A stretch of 64,000 nt of DNA from an uncultured Nitrososphaeraceae archaeon (lineage in GTDB: Archaea; Thermoproteota; Nitrososphaeria; Nitrososphaerales; Nitrososphaeraceae). The stretch spans positions 160,001-224,000 of the forward strand of contig CAWIMJ010000050.1 in the NCBI GenBank assembly GCA_963837175.1, in the 5' to 3' direction. How positions within the stretch are numbered: the first letter of the stretch is position 1; each line of letters starts with the position of its first letter. Both the position numbers and the translations under genes were made by a program. Below, piece after piece: positions 22,987 to 32,674 of this stretch. The notes beneath the pieces were generated by a model. That model did not search any database. It was not told the DNA's origin and worked only from the letters and a program-made list of their open reading frames with translations.

Positions 22987-23460
22987 ATGTTTAAGATGGT
23001 AGATTTTAAGTCGAAAGACATTGATGCCTCAGTGAGGGTCACAGAAGAACAGAATATTTATGATGCTTTAAAAGAAAACTTTATTAGAACAGTGGATGAA
23101 TGGGCAAAAATTCAACCACAATATTCACAATCAATTTCGAATTTGCAATTAGACTTTATTCAGACAGTAAAGAACACCATCCGGAACGCTATTTCTTCAC
23201 AAAAACTGATAACAGGAGGCTGGAATTTGCCCATGTCTGAGACATATCTAGATCATTTCGCAAAACAGTCAAACGACATCACGAACAACATGATAAGAAC
23301 GGCCGTCATCAACAACCAACTGACAATCACTGCTTTTGATGCAGCAAGAGAAAACTTGAAAATATACAATAGAACAATTGACACGGTTATGGATTTTAAT
23401 AACGACATAGTAAAAACCTGGAATTCGTTTTTCTCTACCCAGCATAACTATTTCAAATGA
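22987..23460 (+). CDS. Hypothetical helical protein (phasin-like?)
   Basis: Amphipathic Q/N-rich helical sequence; function is inference only. Confidence 0.7.
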   Translation: MFKMVDFKSKDIDASVRVTEEQNIYDALKENFIRTVDEWAKIQPQYSQSISNLQLDFIQTVKNTIRNAISSQKLITGGWNLPMSETYLDHFAKQSNDITNNMIRTAVINNQLTITAFDAARENLKIYNRTIDTVMDFNNDIVKTWNSFFSTQHNYFK

Positions 23461-23668
23461 TGTATAATTTTTAGATCGTGTACGTTTAAGGTTTAGCTAT
23501 TACTATTATCATTCTGACTATTCTTTATCACAAGATACAAATAAGAATATTAGACAAGGTGTCTTGTTATTCAGTGTCTATCTATGTTAACCTCATTTAG
23601 AATTATTTCCAAAAATTGATAAATAACTAAGTGTGAGTACTATATAGTGTCAAGCTTAGAATGAATAT

Positions 23669-24331
23669 GTGTGTGAAGACTGTGGCTGCTTGTTAGTACA
23701 TAGCAACTCATTCACACTCGATAGTATGAGAGATGTACATAAACAATTATGTATTATTAAGAGGCAAAAAGCAATGGCTGCAGAATCTACTAAAGCCGTC
23801 GTAGCACCAAAACCAGCATCACTAACAGCAAAGGCTGCTGCCTCGGCCAGCACTCTGCCTTCACCTACACCATCTTCAACAGCCTCTCCTACTGCTTCTA
23901 CTCCTACTCCTACGACTATAGCTGCTTCAACAGTAGAAGGTGGAAGTAGTGGTAGTGGTAACACAACTATTTCTCTTAGCGGTACTGGAACCAACTATTC
24001 TAAGGTAGATGGACCTATAGACGCTGGCTTTAAATCAACGAGACAACAGGCAGGTACATTCCAAGATATTAAGGTATGGGGCCCTTTAGATCCTCCAGGA
24101 CAGCTTGGAATATGGGGAAATGAAGTATGTGTCGATTTTGATATATGCATAGCAGATGGAGCATGTATTGAGGCCTGTCCAGTGAATGTATATGAATGGC
24201 TAGATACTCCAGGACATCCTGCATCGGAAAAGAAACCTTTCATGATTAGAGAAAAGGATTGCATATTTTGTATGGCATGTGAGAATGTATGTCCTCCGCA
24301 AGCAGTTAAAATATTCCAAAAAAGTCAATAA
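23669..24331 (+). CDS. Zn-finger + A/P/S/T linker + dicluster ferredoxin
   Basis: CEDC...HKQLC, low-complexity linker, CIADGAC..CP and CIFCMAC..CP; start uncertain. Confidence 0.85.
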   Translation: MCEDCGCLLVHSNSFTLDSMRDVHKQLCIIKRQKAMAAESTKAVVAPKPASLTAKAAASASTLPSPTPSSTASPTASTPTPTTIAASTVEGGSSGSGNTTISLSGTGTNYSKVDGPIDAGFKSTRQQAGTFQDIKVWGPLDPPGQLGIWGNEVCVDFDICIADGACIEACPVNVYEWLDTPGHPASEKKPFMIREKDCIFCMACENVCPPQAVKIFQKSQ

Positions 24332-24452
24332 TACTTTATTTTCGTATTATTTATTTTTATTTTTTATCTATCTATATCTACCTTATTATCTATCCATCTA
24401 TCCATCCATGAATGTGACAAATATTCTTCCTTAATATATAATGTAACTATTT
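23873..24452 (+). repeat. Copy 1 of ~580-bp direct repeat (ferredoxin domain + 3' UTR)
   Basis: Matches 46130-46700 at offset 22257; identical by eye from 23904 through the stop codon. Confidence 0.95.
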
Positions 24453-24589
24453 GTACAATTTGCAATGGTATTAGCCATCTAGAAATTCAATATTGGTCGC
24501 CTTTGAATCAACCTGCTATGATATGATGTTGAAGGAGATATACAAATATAGCCTCTTGTATATTTGCTTGATTTTAGTAGAAGACATAA

Positions 24590-25072
24590 ATGAAAGAGAA
24601 ATATGATGTGGTAGCAACTGGTGGAACGTTCGACGTCATACATGTTGGTCACTTGGCTTTGCTTTCAAAAGCATTTGAAGTAGGAAAGAAAGTAATTATC
24701 GGAGTTTCTAGTGATGCATTTGCAAGCATCGCTAAAGCTAATAATAAATTAACTCATAATTACGAGCAACGAGTTAATAACCTAAAAGAGAAAATTGAAG
24801 AGAAGTTTGGCAATGTTACTTATGAAATTAGCAAGCTCGATGATGTATATGGACCAACAGTAATTTATGGTCATGTAGAAGCGATCATATCAAGTACTGA
24901 AACAGCTGTAAACGGACACCTGATAAACGAGATACGTTCTAGGAATGGTCTAAAACCTCTTAATATTATCAGTGTTAATATGATACGAGCAGAAGACGGA
25001 AATCCCATTTCTTCTACAAGAATAAGAAAGGGTGAAATTGACTCCTATGGCAAATTGTTAAAGATAAGGTAA
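24590..25072 (+). CDS. coaD: Phosphopantetheine adenylyltransferase (archaeal type)
   Basis: GGTFDVIHVGH, ISSTRIRKGEID. Confidence 0.92.
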   Translation: MKEKYDVVATGGTFDVIHVGHLALLSKAFEVGKKVIIGVSSDAFASIAKANNKLTHNYEQRVNNLKEKIEEKFGNVTYEISKLDDVYGPTVIYGHVEAIISSTETAVNGHLINEIRSRNGLKPLNIISVNMIRAEDGNPISSTRIRKGEIDSYGKLLKIR

Positions 25073-25134
25073 AGAAGTATCAAACATTCTTGATTAATTG
25101 TATTTTATTTAGATTGATACAGTGTATCTGAAGC

Positions 25135-25479
25135 ATGAATACTTATAACGATAATCCATTTGAAATCTCTTTCAGTAGAATTGACACGACGATAAAGAAT
25201 CTCAAGGAAGGGCTAGACCCTGAGAATCTCGCTTATTGGTATAAAAGAATAGAAGAACGAGCAATCGAAATTGCTCCTACTCACTTAAAAGAGAAGATTC
25301 ATTTCCGACAAGACAGGATTCTATGGATGAAATTTAAGATCGATATATCAAAACGGGCAGTGCCTTACATGATACAAGTAATTGAACAATATATTCCAAT
25401 AATGCCCTATTCTACAAGTCTGTATTTTCAAAAGATTCAATATATGCTGACAGATAAAGTGAAAAAAGAACTATGCTAA
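25135..25479 (+). CDS. Hypothetical protein
   Basis: 114-aa ATG ORF downstream of coaD. Confidence 0.7.
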   Translation: MNTYNDNPFEISFSRIDTTIKNLKEGLDPENLAYWYKRIEERAIEIAPTHLKEKIHFRQDRILWMKFKIDISKRAVPYMIQVIEQYIPIMPYSTSLYFQKIQYMLTDKVKKELC

Positions 25480-25564
25480 AAAATTTTAGAAGCAAAGATA
25501 AGAACTTCATAAAGCAGAGAATGAAGGTAGAAGCATAATGATCCTCTCTCAAGTCAAATGCGTA

Positions 25565-25882
25565 TTAGTGTTCCGAAACAATAACTTCAATAACATAGTT
25601 TTCAAATTTACTTTCTATGACTAATTTTTTTTCTTTCACTACTTCTTCTATCATATATTTTAACTTGAGTGCGGTATTGTTGTCTTTAAGTAAGACACTG
25701 TGTGAGGATTTATCTTTTAGAATTAAGACTATCTCATTATTGATAACTGCAGCGACACCTGCGACCATTGAAGTATTATCTTTTTGAGCCGCGATCAGAC
25801 TGGCTAGTTTCTCTGCTTCATATTTATCTTCGCATTGGAATTTTAATGAAAATGTCATGGTAGTTAACCTAAGTCTCTCCAT
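25565..25882 (-). CDS. Hypothetical protein coupled to trpS
   Basis: ORF overlaps the trpS stop. Confidence 0.7.
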   Translation of the reverse strand: MERLRLTTMTFSLKFQCEDKYEAEKLASLIAAQKDNTSMVAGVAAVINNEIVLILKDKSSHSVLLKDNNTALKLKYMIEEVVKEKKLVIESKFENYVIEVIVSEH

Positions 25883-27038
25883 TATACATGAATTCCTGGA
25901 TTACATCTTTTGCATTTTCCCGGCGTTTCTTGAACTCTATTATAAAAGACTTAGACTGTCTGGCCAGATCGCTCTTGCATTCTCCGCAAAGCAAGTTTCC
26001 GCTTCTACATTTTAATAAGCGCTCATCAGATTGTCTTTCTGTATCAAAGAAATAACGTAGGTACCAGAATACTGGACACCCAGCCGGGTTACCTCCCAAT
26101 TTTCTTTGAAGCGCAACGGTAGCTTGTCCTCCTGTGAATGCACTCGAAACCTTTTTTTCTACGATTTCAGGATCATCTGTTGTAAACAACGCTGTCTCAG
26201 GTTTTGAGGAAGACATCTTGCCTGAAATTCCAAGACCAGGTAGAAACTTGCTGTGAATCTGAGCAGGTTTATAATATCCTAGACGTTCTGCTACATCTCG
26301 GGTCATTCTCCAATAAGGATCTTGATCTATCGCTGCTGGGATCAAGACCGGAATTGGTTTTCCTTCTAGAATTGAAGGCAAAAAACATGGAGCAGCTTGT
26401 ATTGATGGAAATCCTATCATGCCTATGTTTGTAGAATTTGAAAAACCAAACACTGCCCTTGCAGTAGACAGTGTAATTCGTTTTGCGACTTCTAGTGCTA
26501 TAGGATATAAATGTTTGATATGTTTTGTATTCACAATTATCTTCGTCTTTCTTCTATCAAAACCAACTGCGATGATATCTAATATGTTCTCATAAGTATA
26601 AGTTTGTGTCTGTTCTAGACTACGGTCCTGGCCATAAAGAAATTTTTCATCGTCTGTTATTTGAAACAGTAATTTAGCATTAAATTTGTCCTGAAGGTAT
26701 TTTGTAAAAATCCATGGTAGTAGGTGACCCATATGTATCATGCCTGAAGGTCCCCTGCCTGTATAAAGATAGAATTGATCACCCTTCTCATACTTGCTCA
26801 AAATCCAGTCAAAGTCCCGATGGGAAAAGAAGTACTGAAGCTTTAACATTGGATGCATTTCTCCAATTAGATCTTTTACTTTCTTTAGTATGTCAGGTGT
26901 AATTATTTGTGTGCCAAACTTTTCTATCAGTTTATTGTAGTCTATTTCGCCTTCTACTTCCCACGGTGTCACCTTGAATTCGTCATGAATATTATTTTTA
27001 GTTTCTTCATTATGACTGCTTTGAATAGGATCCACCAT
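25869..27038 (-). CDS. trpS: Tryptophan--tRNA ligase
   Basis: VTPWEV, YTGRGPS, HMGH, DQDPY, KMSSS. Confidence 0.97.
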   Translation of the reverse strand: MVDPIQSSHNEETKNNIHDEFKVTPWEVEGEIDYNKLIEKFGTQIITPDILKKVKDLIGEMHPMLKLQYFFSHRDFDWILSKYEKGDQFYLYTGRGPSGMIHMGHLLPWIFTKYLQDKFNAKLLFQITDDEKFLYGQDRSLEQTQTYTYENILDIIAVGFDRRKTKIIVNTKHIKHLYPIALEVAKRITLSTARAVFGFSNSTNIGMIGFPSIQAAPCFLPSILEGKPIPVLIPAAIDQDPYWRMTRDVAERLGYYKPAQIHSKFLPGLGISGKMSSSKPETALFTTDDPEIVEKKVSSAFTGGQATVALQRKLGGNPAGCPVFWYLRYFFDTERQSDERLLKCRSGNLLCGECKSDLARQSKSFIIEFKKRRENAKDVIQEFMYNGET

Positions 27039-27102
27039 TACTTTTCAATTCTGACACGACAAGCATTTTAAAGGTTTAAAAAGTCTTCTTCTCCTGACAA
27101 CC

Positions 27103-28647
27103 TTGGCAACAATGAGTAATAGTATCAAACTCCATCCAATTGAGAGATCCCTATTACAGATACTTGCTACCAACCAACAGATATCTACTGAAAGAATTGC
27201 ACATATTTCTAACCTTAGTATTGATCAGGTCAGACGTGGTATAGAATGGTTAAAGTTTAAGAATTTAATATCTTTAACTGATAAATCAATTACTATAATC
27301 ATGTCTGCATCAAATATAGAGAGCACAATAATACAAGAATTACCAGAAAGGATGCTCGTGAAAACAATAAAAGAAAAAGGAAAAAAGAATTTAGAAACAG
27401 GTGAGCATTATATTAGTATAAAAGATCTCAAACAAGATTTTTCATTCGGTAATAATACCAGCGCAGCCTTTCAACACGCTTTAAGAAACAAATGGATCGA
27501 GCAACGAAAAACGTCCAATAGAGAGAAAGAAATAGTTGTGACTCTCTTAGCAAATGATCAGTCAGCAGAAGAAAAATTATTGCAGAAATTGAATAGTCAA
27601 AAAAAAATTACAAAATCAAATCTGAATCCGGAAGAATTACAAGCATTTGATCTGCTTAAAAAACGTCCTGGTTATTTAATAGAAAAAAAGGAGAAGACTG
27701 CTGAAATCTCTCTATCTTCAGAGGGTAAGCAATTGTTATTAACATTGATCCATCAGCCTGCATTAGAAGAACGTAGACTAACTCCGGAAATGATAACTTC
27801 GGCAAGATGGAGAAACATTAAATTCAGTCCGTTAGATGTAGAATCGCCCGTACAATCTTTATATCCAGGTAGAAAACATCCATTAACTGATATAATTGAC
27901 GAAGTGAAGGAAATTTTTGTTGGTATGGGATTTACAGAAATCGATGGTCCCATAATCCAGTCTAGTTTTTGGAACTTTGATGTACTTTTTACTCCGCAGG
28001 ATCACTCTGCGAGGGAAATGCATGATACTTTCTACGTTTCACGAATAAAGGAGAATAGACTTCCTATAGATGATCAAATTAAAAAGATCTCTGAAGCTCA
28101 CAGAAACGGATGGAAATATGAATGGGATATTGAGGAAGCAAAACGAATAGTTCTACGGACACATACTACATGTGTTACTATAAATTATCTTGCAGAAAAC
28201 AAACCTGAAAAATGCAGAATATTTTCCATAGGTAGAGTTTTTAGAAACGAAAAGGTGTCATATAAACATCTGATTGAATTTAATCAAGTAGAAGGAATTG
28301 TTACAGATCCAAATATTACATTGCGAGATTTAATGGGTCTTCAAACTGAATTTTATAAAAGGTTAGGAATCAACAGAATCAAGTTCTGGCCTACTTATTT
28401 TCCATACACTGAACCGTCGCTTCAATCTATGATATATATTGAGTCCTTAGGAAAGTGGGTAGAGTTATTTGGGATGGGAATATTAAGACCTGAAATAACC
28501 TCATCTATTGGGATAAAGAATCCAGTTCTAGCATGGGGAGGAGGATTAGAAAGGATCGCAATGTTACGCTTCGGATTAAATGATGTTCGCGATTTATATC
28601 GTAATGACTTAAAGTGGCTCAGGGGTGTTCCCTTTTGCCTGTTGTAA
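27103..28647 (+). CDS. pheS: Phenylalanine--tRNA ligase alpha subunit
   Basis: WNFDVLF.PQDH.AR, LRTHTT, FRNE, YFPYTEPS, GGLERIAM. Confidence 0.97.
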   Translation: MATMSNSIKLHPIERSLLQILATNQQISTERIAHISNLSIDQVRRGIEWLKFKNLISLTDKSITIIMSASNIESTIIQELPERMLVKTIKEKGKKNLETGEHYISIKDLKQDFSFGNNTSAAFQHALRNKWIEQRKTSNREKEIVVTLLANDQSAEEKLLQKLNSQKKITKSNLNPEELQAFDLLKKRPGYLIEKKEKTAEISLSSEGKQLLLTLIHQPALEERRLTPEMITSARWRNIKFSPLDVESPVQSLYPGRKHPLTDIIDEVKEIFVGMGFTEIDGPIIQSSFWNFDVLFTPQDHSAREMHDTFYVSRIKENRLPIDDQIKKISEAHRNGWKYEWDIEEAKRIVLRTHTTCVTINYLAENKPEKCRIFSIGRVFRNEKVSYKHLIEFNQVEGIVTDPNITLRDLMGLQTEFYKRLGINRIKFWPTYFPYTEPSLQSMIYIESLGKWVELFGMGILRPEITSSIGIKNPVLAWGGGLERIAMLRFGLNDVRDLYRNDLKWLRGVPFCLL

Positions 28648-30296
28648 ACGTCACTACTAGCTTATTAAATAAATTCTTCCCAGGGAAGGATCTTGCTGAG
28701 TTAATAGATTTTCTCCCCTACATAGGACTTGATATAGAAGGAATCGATCAGGAAGTGCTTAGAGTAGAGTACAATCCAAACAGGCCTGATTTTGCTTCAG
28801 CTTATGGAATTGTTCGGGCATTAAAAGGGATATTGGCTTTTGAAACTGGAATTCCAAAATTTCGCTTGTTGATGAATAGCATTTACAAAATCAACGTAGA
28901 GTCGTCGGTAAAAGAGATTAGGCCTATTATTGTATCTTTAGTCGCAAAAAAAGGTGACGTACATGACAATGAGGCAATCAAACAATTAATTTCAATGCAA
29001 GAAGATCTTCATGATGGCATAGGTAGAAGGAGAAAAAAGGCTTCAATCGGAATACATGACTTGGAATCAATAAAATTTCCAATTACATATAAAACTGTAT
29101 CTGATGATTTTTCCTTTGTTCCGCTCGGTGAATTATCGAGTAATACTATTAAGCAGATTTTAAATGAATTTGATATTGGTAGACAATATAGGCATATTTT
29201 GGAGAATTCGAATAGATATCCTATAATTGTAGATGAGGCTAATAATATACTGTCGCTTCCGCCTATCATCAATGGTAATGTAACTAAAGTTACTCCTGAA
29301 ACTAACAATCTCTTTATCGAGATTACCGCGAACAATCAAAAGGCAGCCGACGATATTCTTGCTATATTAGCGATTACATTACACGATATTGGCTTTGAAA
29401 TTCATAGTGTTTCTATTAATAGTTCAGGTGTGATACAAGTTACTCCTAGGATGAATACACTTTCTATTGACGTGAGTGTCGGTTATATTAATAGTATGCT
29501 TGGATTAGAATTAACTAAGAACGACATCGTATGCTTTTTGAAGAAAAGTAGGTTAGATGCCTATCCAGCAGATAAAGATATTATTACCTGTATCATTCCA
29601 AGGTATCGTACAGATATACTTCATGCTATAGATATCGTAGAAGAAGTAGCAATAGGATATGGCATCTATAACTTGAAACCGAGAATGTCCGCTTGGACTT
29701 CAATTGGTCAGAAAAGTTCTCTTTCAATTTATTTTGACATTATAAGACGTACATTAGCCGGATTAAATATGTTAGAAGTTGTGAATTTTAGCCTTGTTAA
29801 TAAAAAATCTCAATACGAACTTATTGGTTTAAAAACACCTGACAATATTTTGTCTGTAGATGCGACAAAAAGTAGGGACCATGAATTACTAAGAGCATCT
29901 ATGATTCCATCACTATTACAATCATTATCTCATAATGTGCACTGGCAATATCCTCAAAGATTATTTGAAATAGGAAAAATTTTCCATCTAGACAATACGA
30001 TTAAAGAAAGTTGGTGCCTAGCCGCTGTTACTGCACATAACAATGCAGATTTTACCGAGATAAAATCGATTATGCAGACATTCTTAAAAATCGCCTTTAA
30101 TAAAGACAAAGAGATTTTTACCCAAGAAAATGCAAATCCTTTTTTTATTGAAGGAAGGTCTGCAAAAGTTGTTTTAGATAAAAAATCTCTTGTTGGAATG
30201 ATTGGAGAGATTACACCTTTGGCTATAGATAATTTCAAAATCAGGGTACCAGTTTCAGCTTTTGAACTAAATCTATCCCAATTACTTGGAATATAG
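28635..30296 (+). CDS. pheT: Phenylalanine--tRNA ligase beta subunit
   Basis: TTG start overlapping pheS; NRPD, SIGIHD, PPIING, RTDILH..DIVEE. Confidence 0.96.
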   Translation: MPVVNVTTSLLNKFFPGKDLAELIDFLPYIGLDIEGIDQEVLRVEYNPNRPDFASAYGIVRALKGILAFETGIPKFRLLMNSIYKINVESSVKEIRPIIVSLVAKKGDVHDNEAIKQLISMQEDLHDGIGRRRKKASIGIHDLESIKFPITYKTVSDDFSFVPLGELSSNTIKQILNEFDIGRQYRHILENSNRYPIIVDEANNILSLPPIINGNVTKVTPETNNLFIEITANNQKAADDILAILAITLHDIGFEIHSVSINSSGVIQVTPRMNTLSIDVSVGYINSMLGLELTKNDIVCFLKKSRLDAYPADKDIITCIIPRYRTDILHAIDIVEEVAIGYGIYNLKPRMSAWTSIGQKSSLSIYFDIIRRTLAGLNMLEVVNFSLVNKKSQYELIGLKTPDNILSVDATKSRDHELLRASMIPSLLQSLSHNVHWQYPQRLFEIGKIFHLDNTIKESWCLAAVTAHNNADFTEIKSIMQTFLKIAFNKDKEIFTQENANPFFIEGRSAKVVLDKKSLVGMIGEITPLAIDNFKIRVPVSAFELNLSQLLGI

Positions 30297-30360
30297 TTTA
30301 TCTTTATATTTGTGAATAAATATTCTGAATAGTGCGTATTATTAGTGGACGAGAGGAATG

Positions 30361-30379
30361 GAAAATAATGATTATTTTC
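30361..30379. promoter_or_regulatory. Perfect 9-1-9 palindrome, candidate operator
   Basis: GAAAATAAT-G-ATTATTTTC. Confidence 0.4.
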
Positions 30380-30413
30380 ATGATTTTCAATTTTTCCCAT
30401 CCACTAGAATATC

Positions 30414-30498
30414 GCACCCCGTTATAGAGAGTACACGCGGAGGAGTACACATGCGTGTATGGCTACCAATGAATACGTGTGGGTCAGAGGCGGGGCAC
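30414..30498. ncRNA. Candidate structured ncRNA (GC-rich island)
   Basis: CCCCG 30417-21 pairs with CGGGG 30491-95; TACACGC 30432-38 pairs with GCGTGTA 30453-59; markedly GC-richer than its flanks. Confidence 0.4.
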
Positions 30499-30769
30499 AT
30501 TTATTATATAGATTTTCTGATTATACCTGCGAAAGGTCAATATCATAATTTTTAATGGACTATGAGTATAATATGTAATAATAACAGCTATCGATATATG
30601 TATAATTATCCTATTGACCCATATAAAGAACAGAATTTCTCTAATTCCTACTAGGCAGGTAAATTTTGCCACCCAAATCCCATTTGATCTGGAAAATCAC
30701 ATTTACCTCCTACAAACATTCTTTTGCACTAATTAATTATGCAGATATACAATCCTTATTGCTGATACA

Positions 30770-30919
30770 ATGAAGTATATATCGGCGATTGATGTGATTG
30801 GTAAATGTGATCAATGTGGACTGGAAAATGTTGAAATTACAGTAAAAAAGTCGAATCGAAATAAGGAGCTCAAACTTTGTAATCAATGCAAACCAACAGA
30901 TGGTGCATACGGATATTAG
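30770..30919 (+). CDS. 49-aa Zn-ribbon microprotein (not in ORF track)
   Basis: MKYISAIDVIGKCDQCGLENVEITVKKSNRNKELKLCNQCKPTDGAYGY*. Confidence 0.65.
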   Translation: MKYISAIDVIGKCDQCGLENVEITVKKSNRNKELKLCNQCKPTDGAYGY

Positions 30920-31461
30920 ATAATTATACATGGAGAAAATAATTTATTATAGAAGGAAACTCATTTCTCTCATTATGGTTGTTTAAAGTCACAAATATAT
31001 TCCACATTTTCATCCTTAGACTGATTGGAGTCTGGATTTATTTATTGCAATATTAGTATCAATCATATACTTTAAAATATCCTTCATTTTAGAATAAAAT
31101 ATTAGTGTATTGATATTTTGTTTCAATAATAATATATTTTCGTATAACGGTCAACTTAAACACTTAAACTGAATTTTTCCTTTTCATATTCATATTAATG
31201 ACATCGCTTAATATCTGGTAAATAATGGATAGTAGAGAATAATCAACGAGAGAGGTCTATGGTTTAAGTAGAAAACAATTTTGTAAATTTATAATTTTCT
31301 TCACGAACCTTCAGAAATACTCAAAATATAAGCAATTATAAAATGAAACTACTTTATCCAAAAAGAAATTCGATTAAATAAAAGAATGGTATTGAGAGAT
31401 AATTCATATCTAAAATTTCCTCGATGTCTTCAGATAATCTAATCACAACTGATTTACGAAT

Positions 31462-32360
31462 TTAATTTAGATTGAGTTGCCCTTTTAAATTCTTATACCT
31501 GTTTCTAAGTCACTTCAGTCACACCTGCTGCATCAGCAATGTCTGATTGAGTTCTGCTTTCTCCCCTATTCAAACAAGAAAGATAAATTACTGATGCGGC
31601 AAGTCCCATAGGATCTTTACCTGCTGAAATACCACTTGTAGTGACGCTATGCATGATATCCATTGCTTGAGGTTTTGTCTTCTCGCTTAGATTAGCCTTG
31701 TTTGCCACTCTAACAATACACTTAACAGGGTCAATCATAGGAATTTTATAATTAAGTTCGAGAATCAGAAGTCTATAAGTTCTTGCGATATCCTTGCGTT
31801 TGATATTGCTTATAGAGGTGATATCTTTAGGTGTTCTTGAGATACCCAATCTCTCTGCACGCAATATATATAGAATCTGCTAGTACTGAAGAAACGGTTC
31901 TACCTCGAACTAATCCATGCTCATGAGCTTTTCGGTATATCTATGCGGTTTTTTCTATCATGACATCTGACAATCCGAGCTTATCATTTAATCTTTCAAG
32001 CTCGCTGAATGCTTGTCTGAGATTTCTGTATGTAGGTGTATATGCCTGTGTTCTAAGTCCCATGCTCTTAATCTGTCCATTGCAGACCGCATAGAAATAT
32101 CAATTCTGTTTCCGCTAGCATCTTTATCTGCTCTACCTACCACCGTAGAAACCCATGTCATGCCTAGCCAATGAGCTAGGAATTCCTGTTCTACTTCTAT
32201 CATTACTATCATCTGCGTTAAAAGCTCGCCACTCTGGTCTACTTTCTTGAATCTTATCCAGCATCACTATTCCGCAATTCCTACAAATCACCTCACCAGA
32301 TTCGGGATCTGTGACCATCTCTCCATCATTACATATAGAACATATGAGTGAAGTTTGCAT
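31462..32360 (-). pseudogene. tfb: Transcription initiation factor IIB pseudogene
   Basis: Zn ribbon, PEWRAF, RTG, GKDPMGLAA and VTEVT spread over several frames; about 4 frameshifts plus an in-frame TAG near 31941. Confidence 0.92.
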
Positions 32361-32674
32361 TTTTCAGAAAGTACTTTATAGAAAATTAACTGTCATATAA
32401 AGCTGATAGCATCAGATTATTTGAACATTTGGAATCGGATTATATAAATTCGATATAAAGCTCAAATAATCCCACTCATATATGATATAGTATTTAACGA
32501 TCTATAAAATGTGCCATATGATTACATTGAATGAATTAATGACTTGATTAGATGGTGAACATATCCAAGAGCACCCGCAGCCGCCATAAATGAATATCAT
32601 AAAGTTCCATTTTTGAAATTTACGAGTAGGCTATATTGACAAGGCTTATCTAATCTTATTCTATTATCTTTGCC

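Noticed and set aside
23656-24264. Antisense ORFs 23656-23994 and 23995-24264, with twins at 45991-46521
   Set aside because: Shadows of the ferredoxin genes; their recurrence only reflects the DNA duplication
30358-30931. ORFs 30358-30555, 30484-30672 and 30737-30931
   Set aside because: No motifs; better explained by the structured element and the plus-strand 49-aa Zn-ribbon ORF
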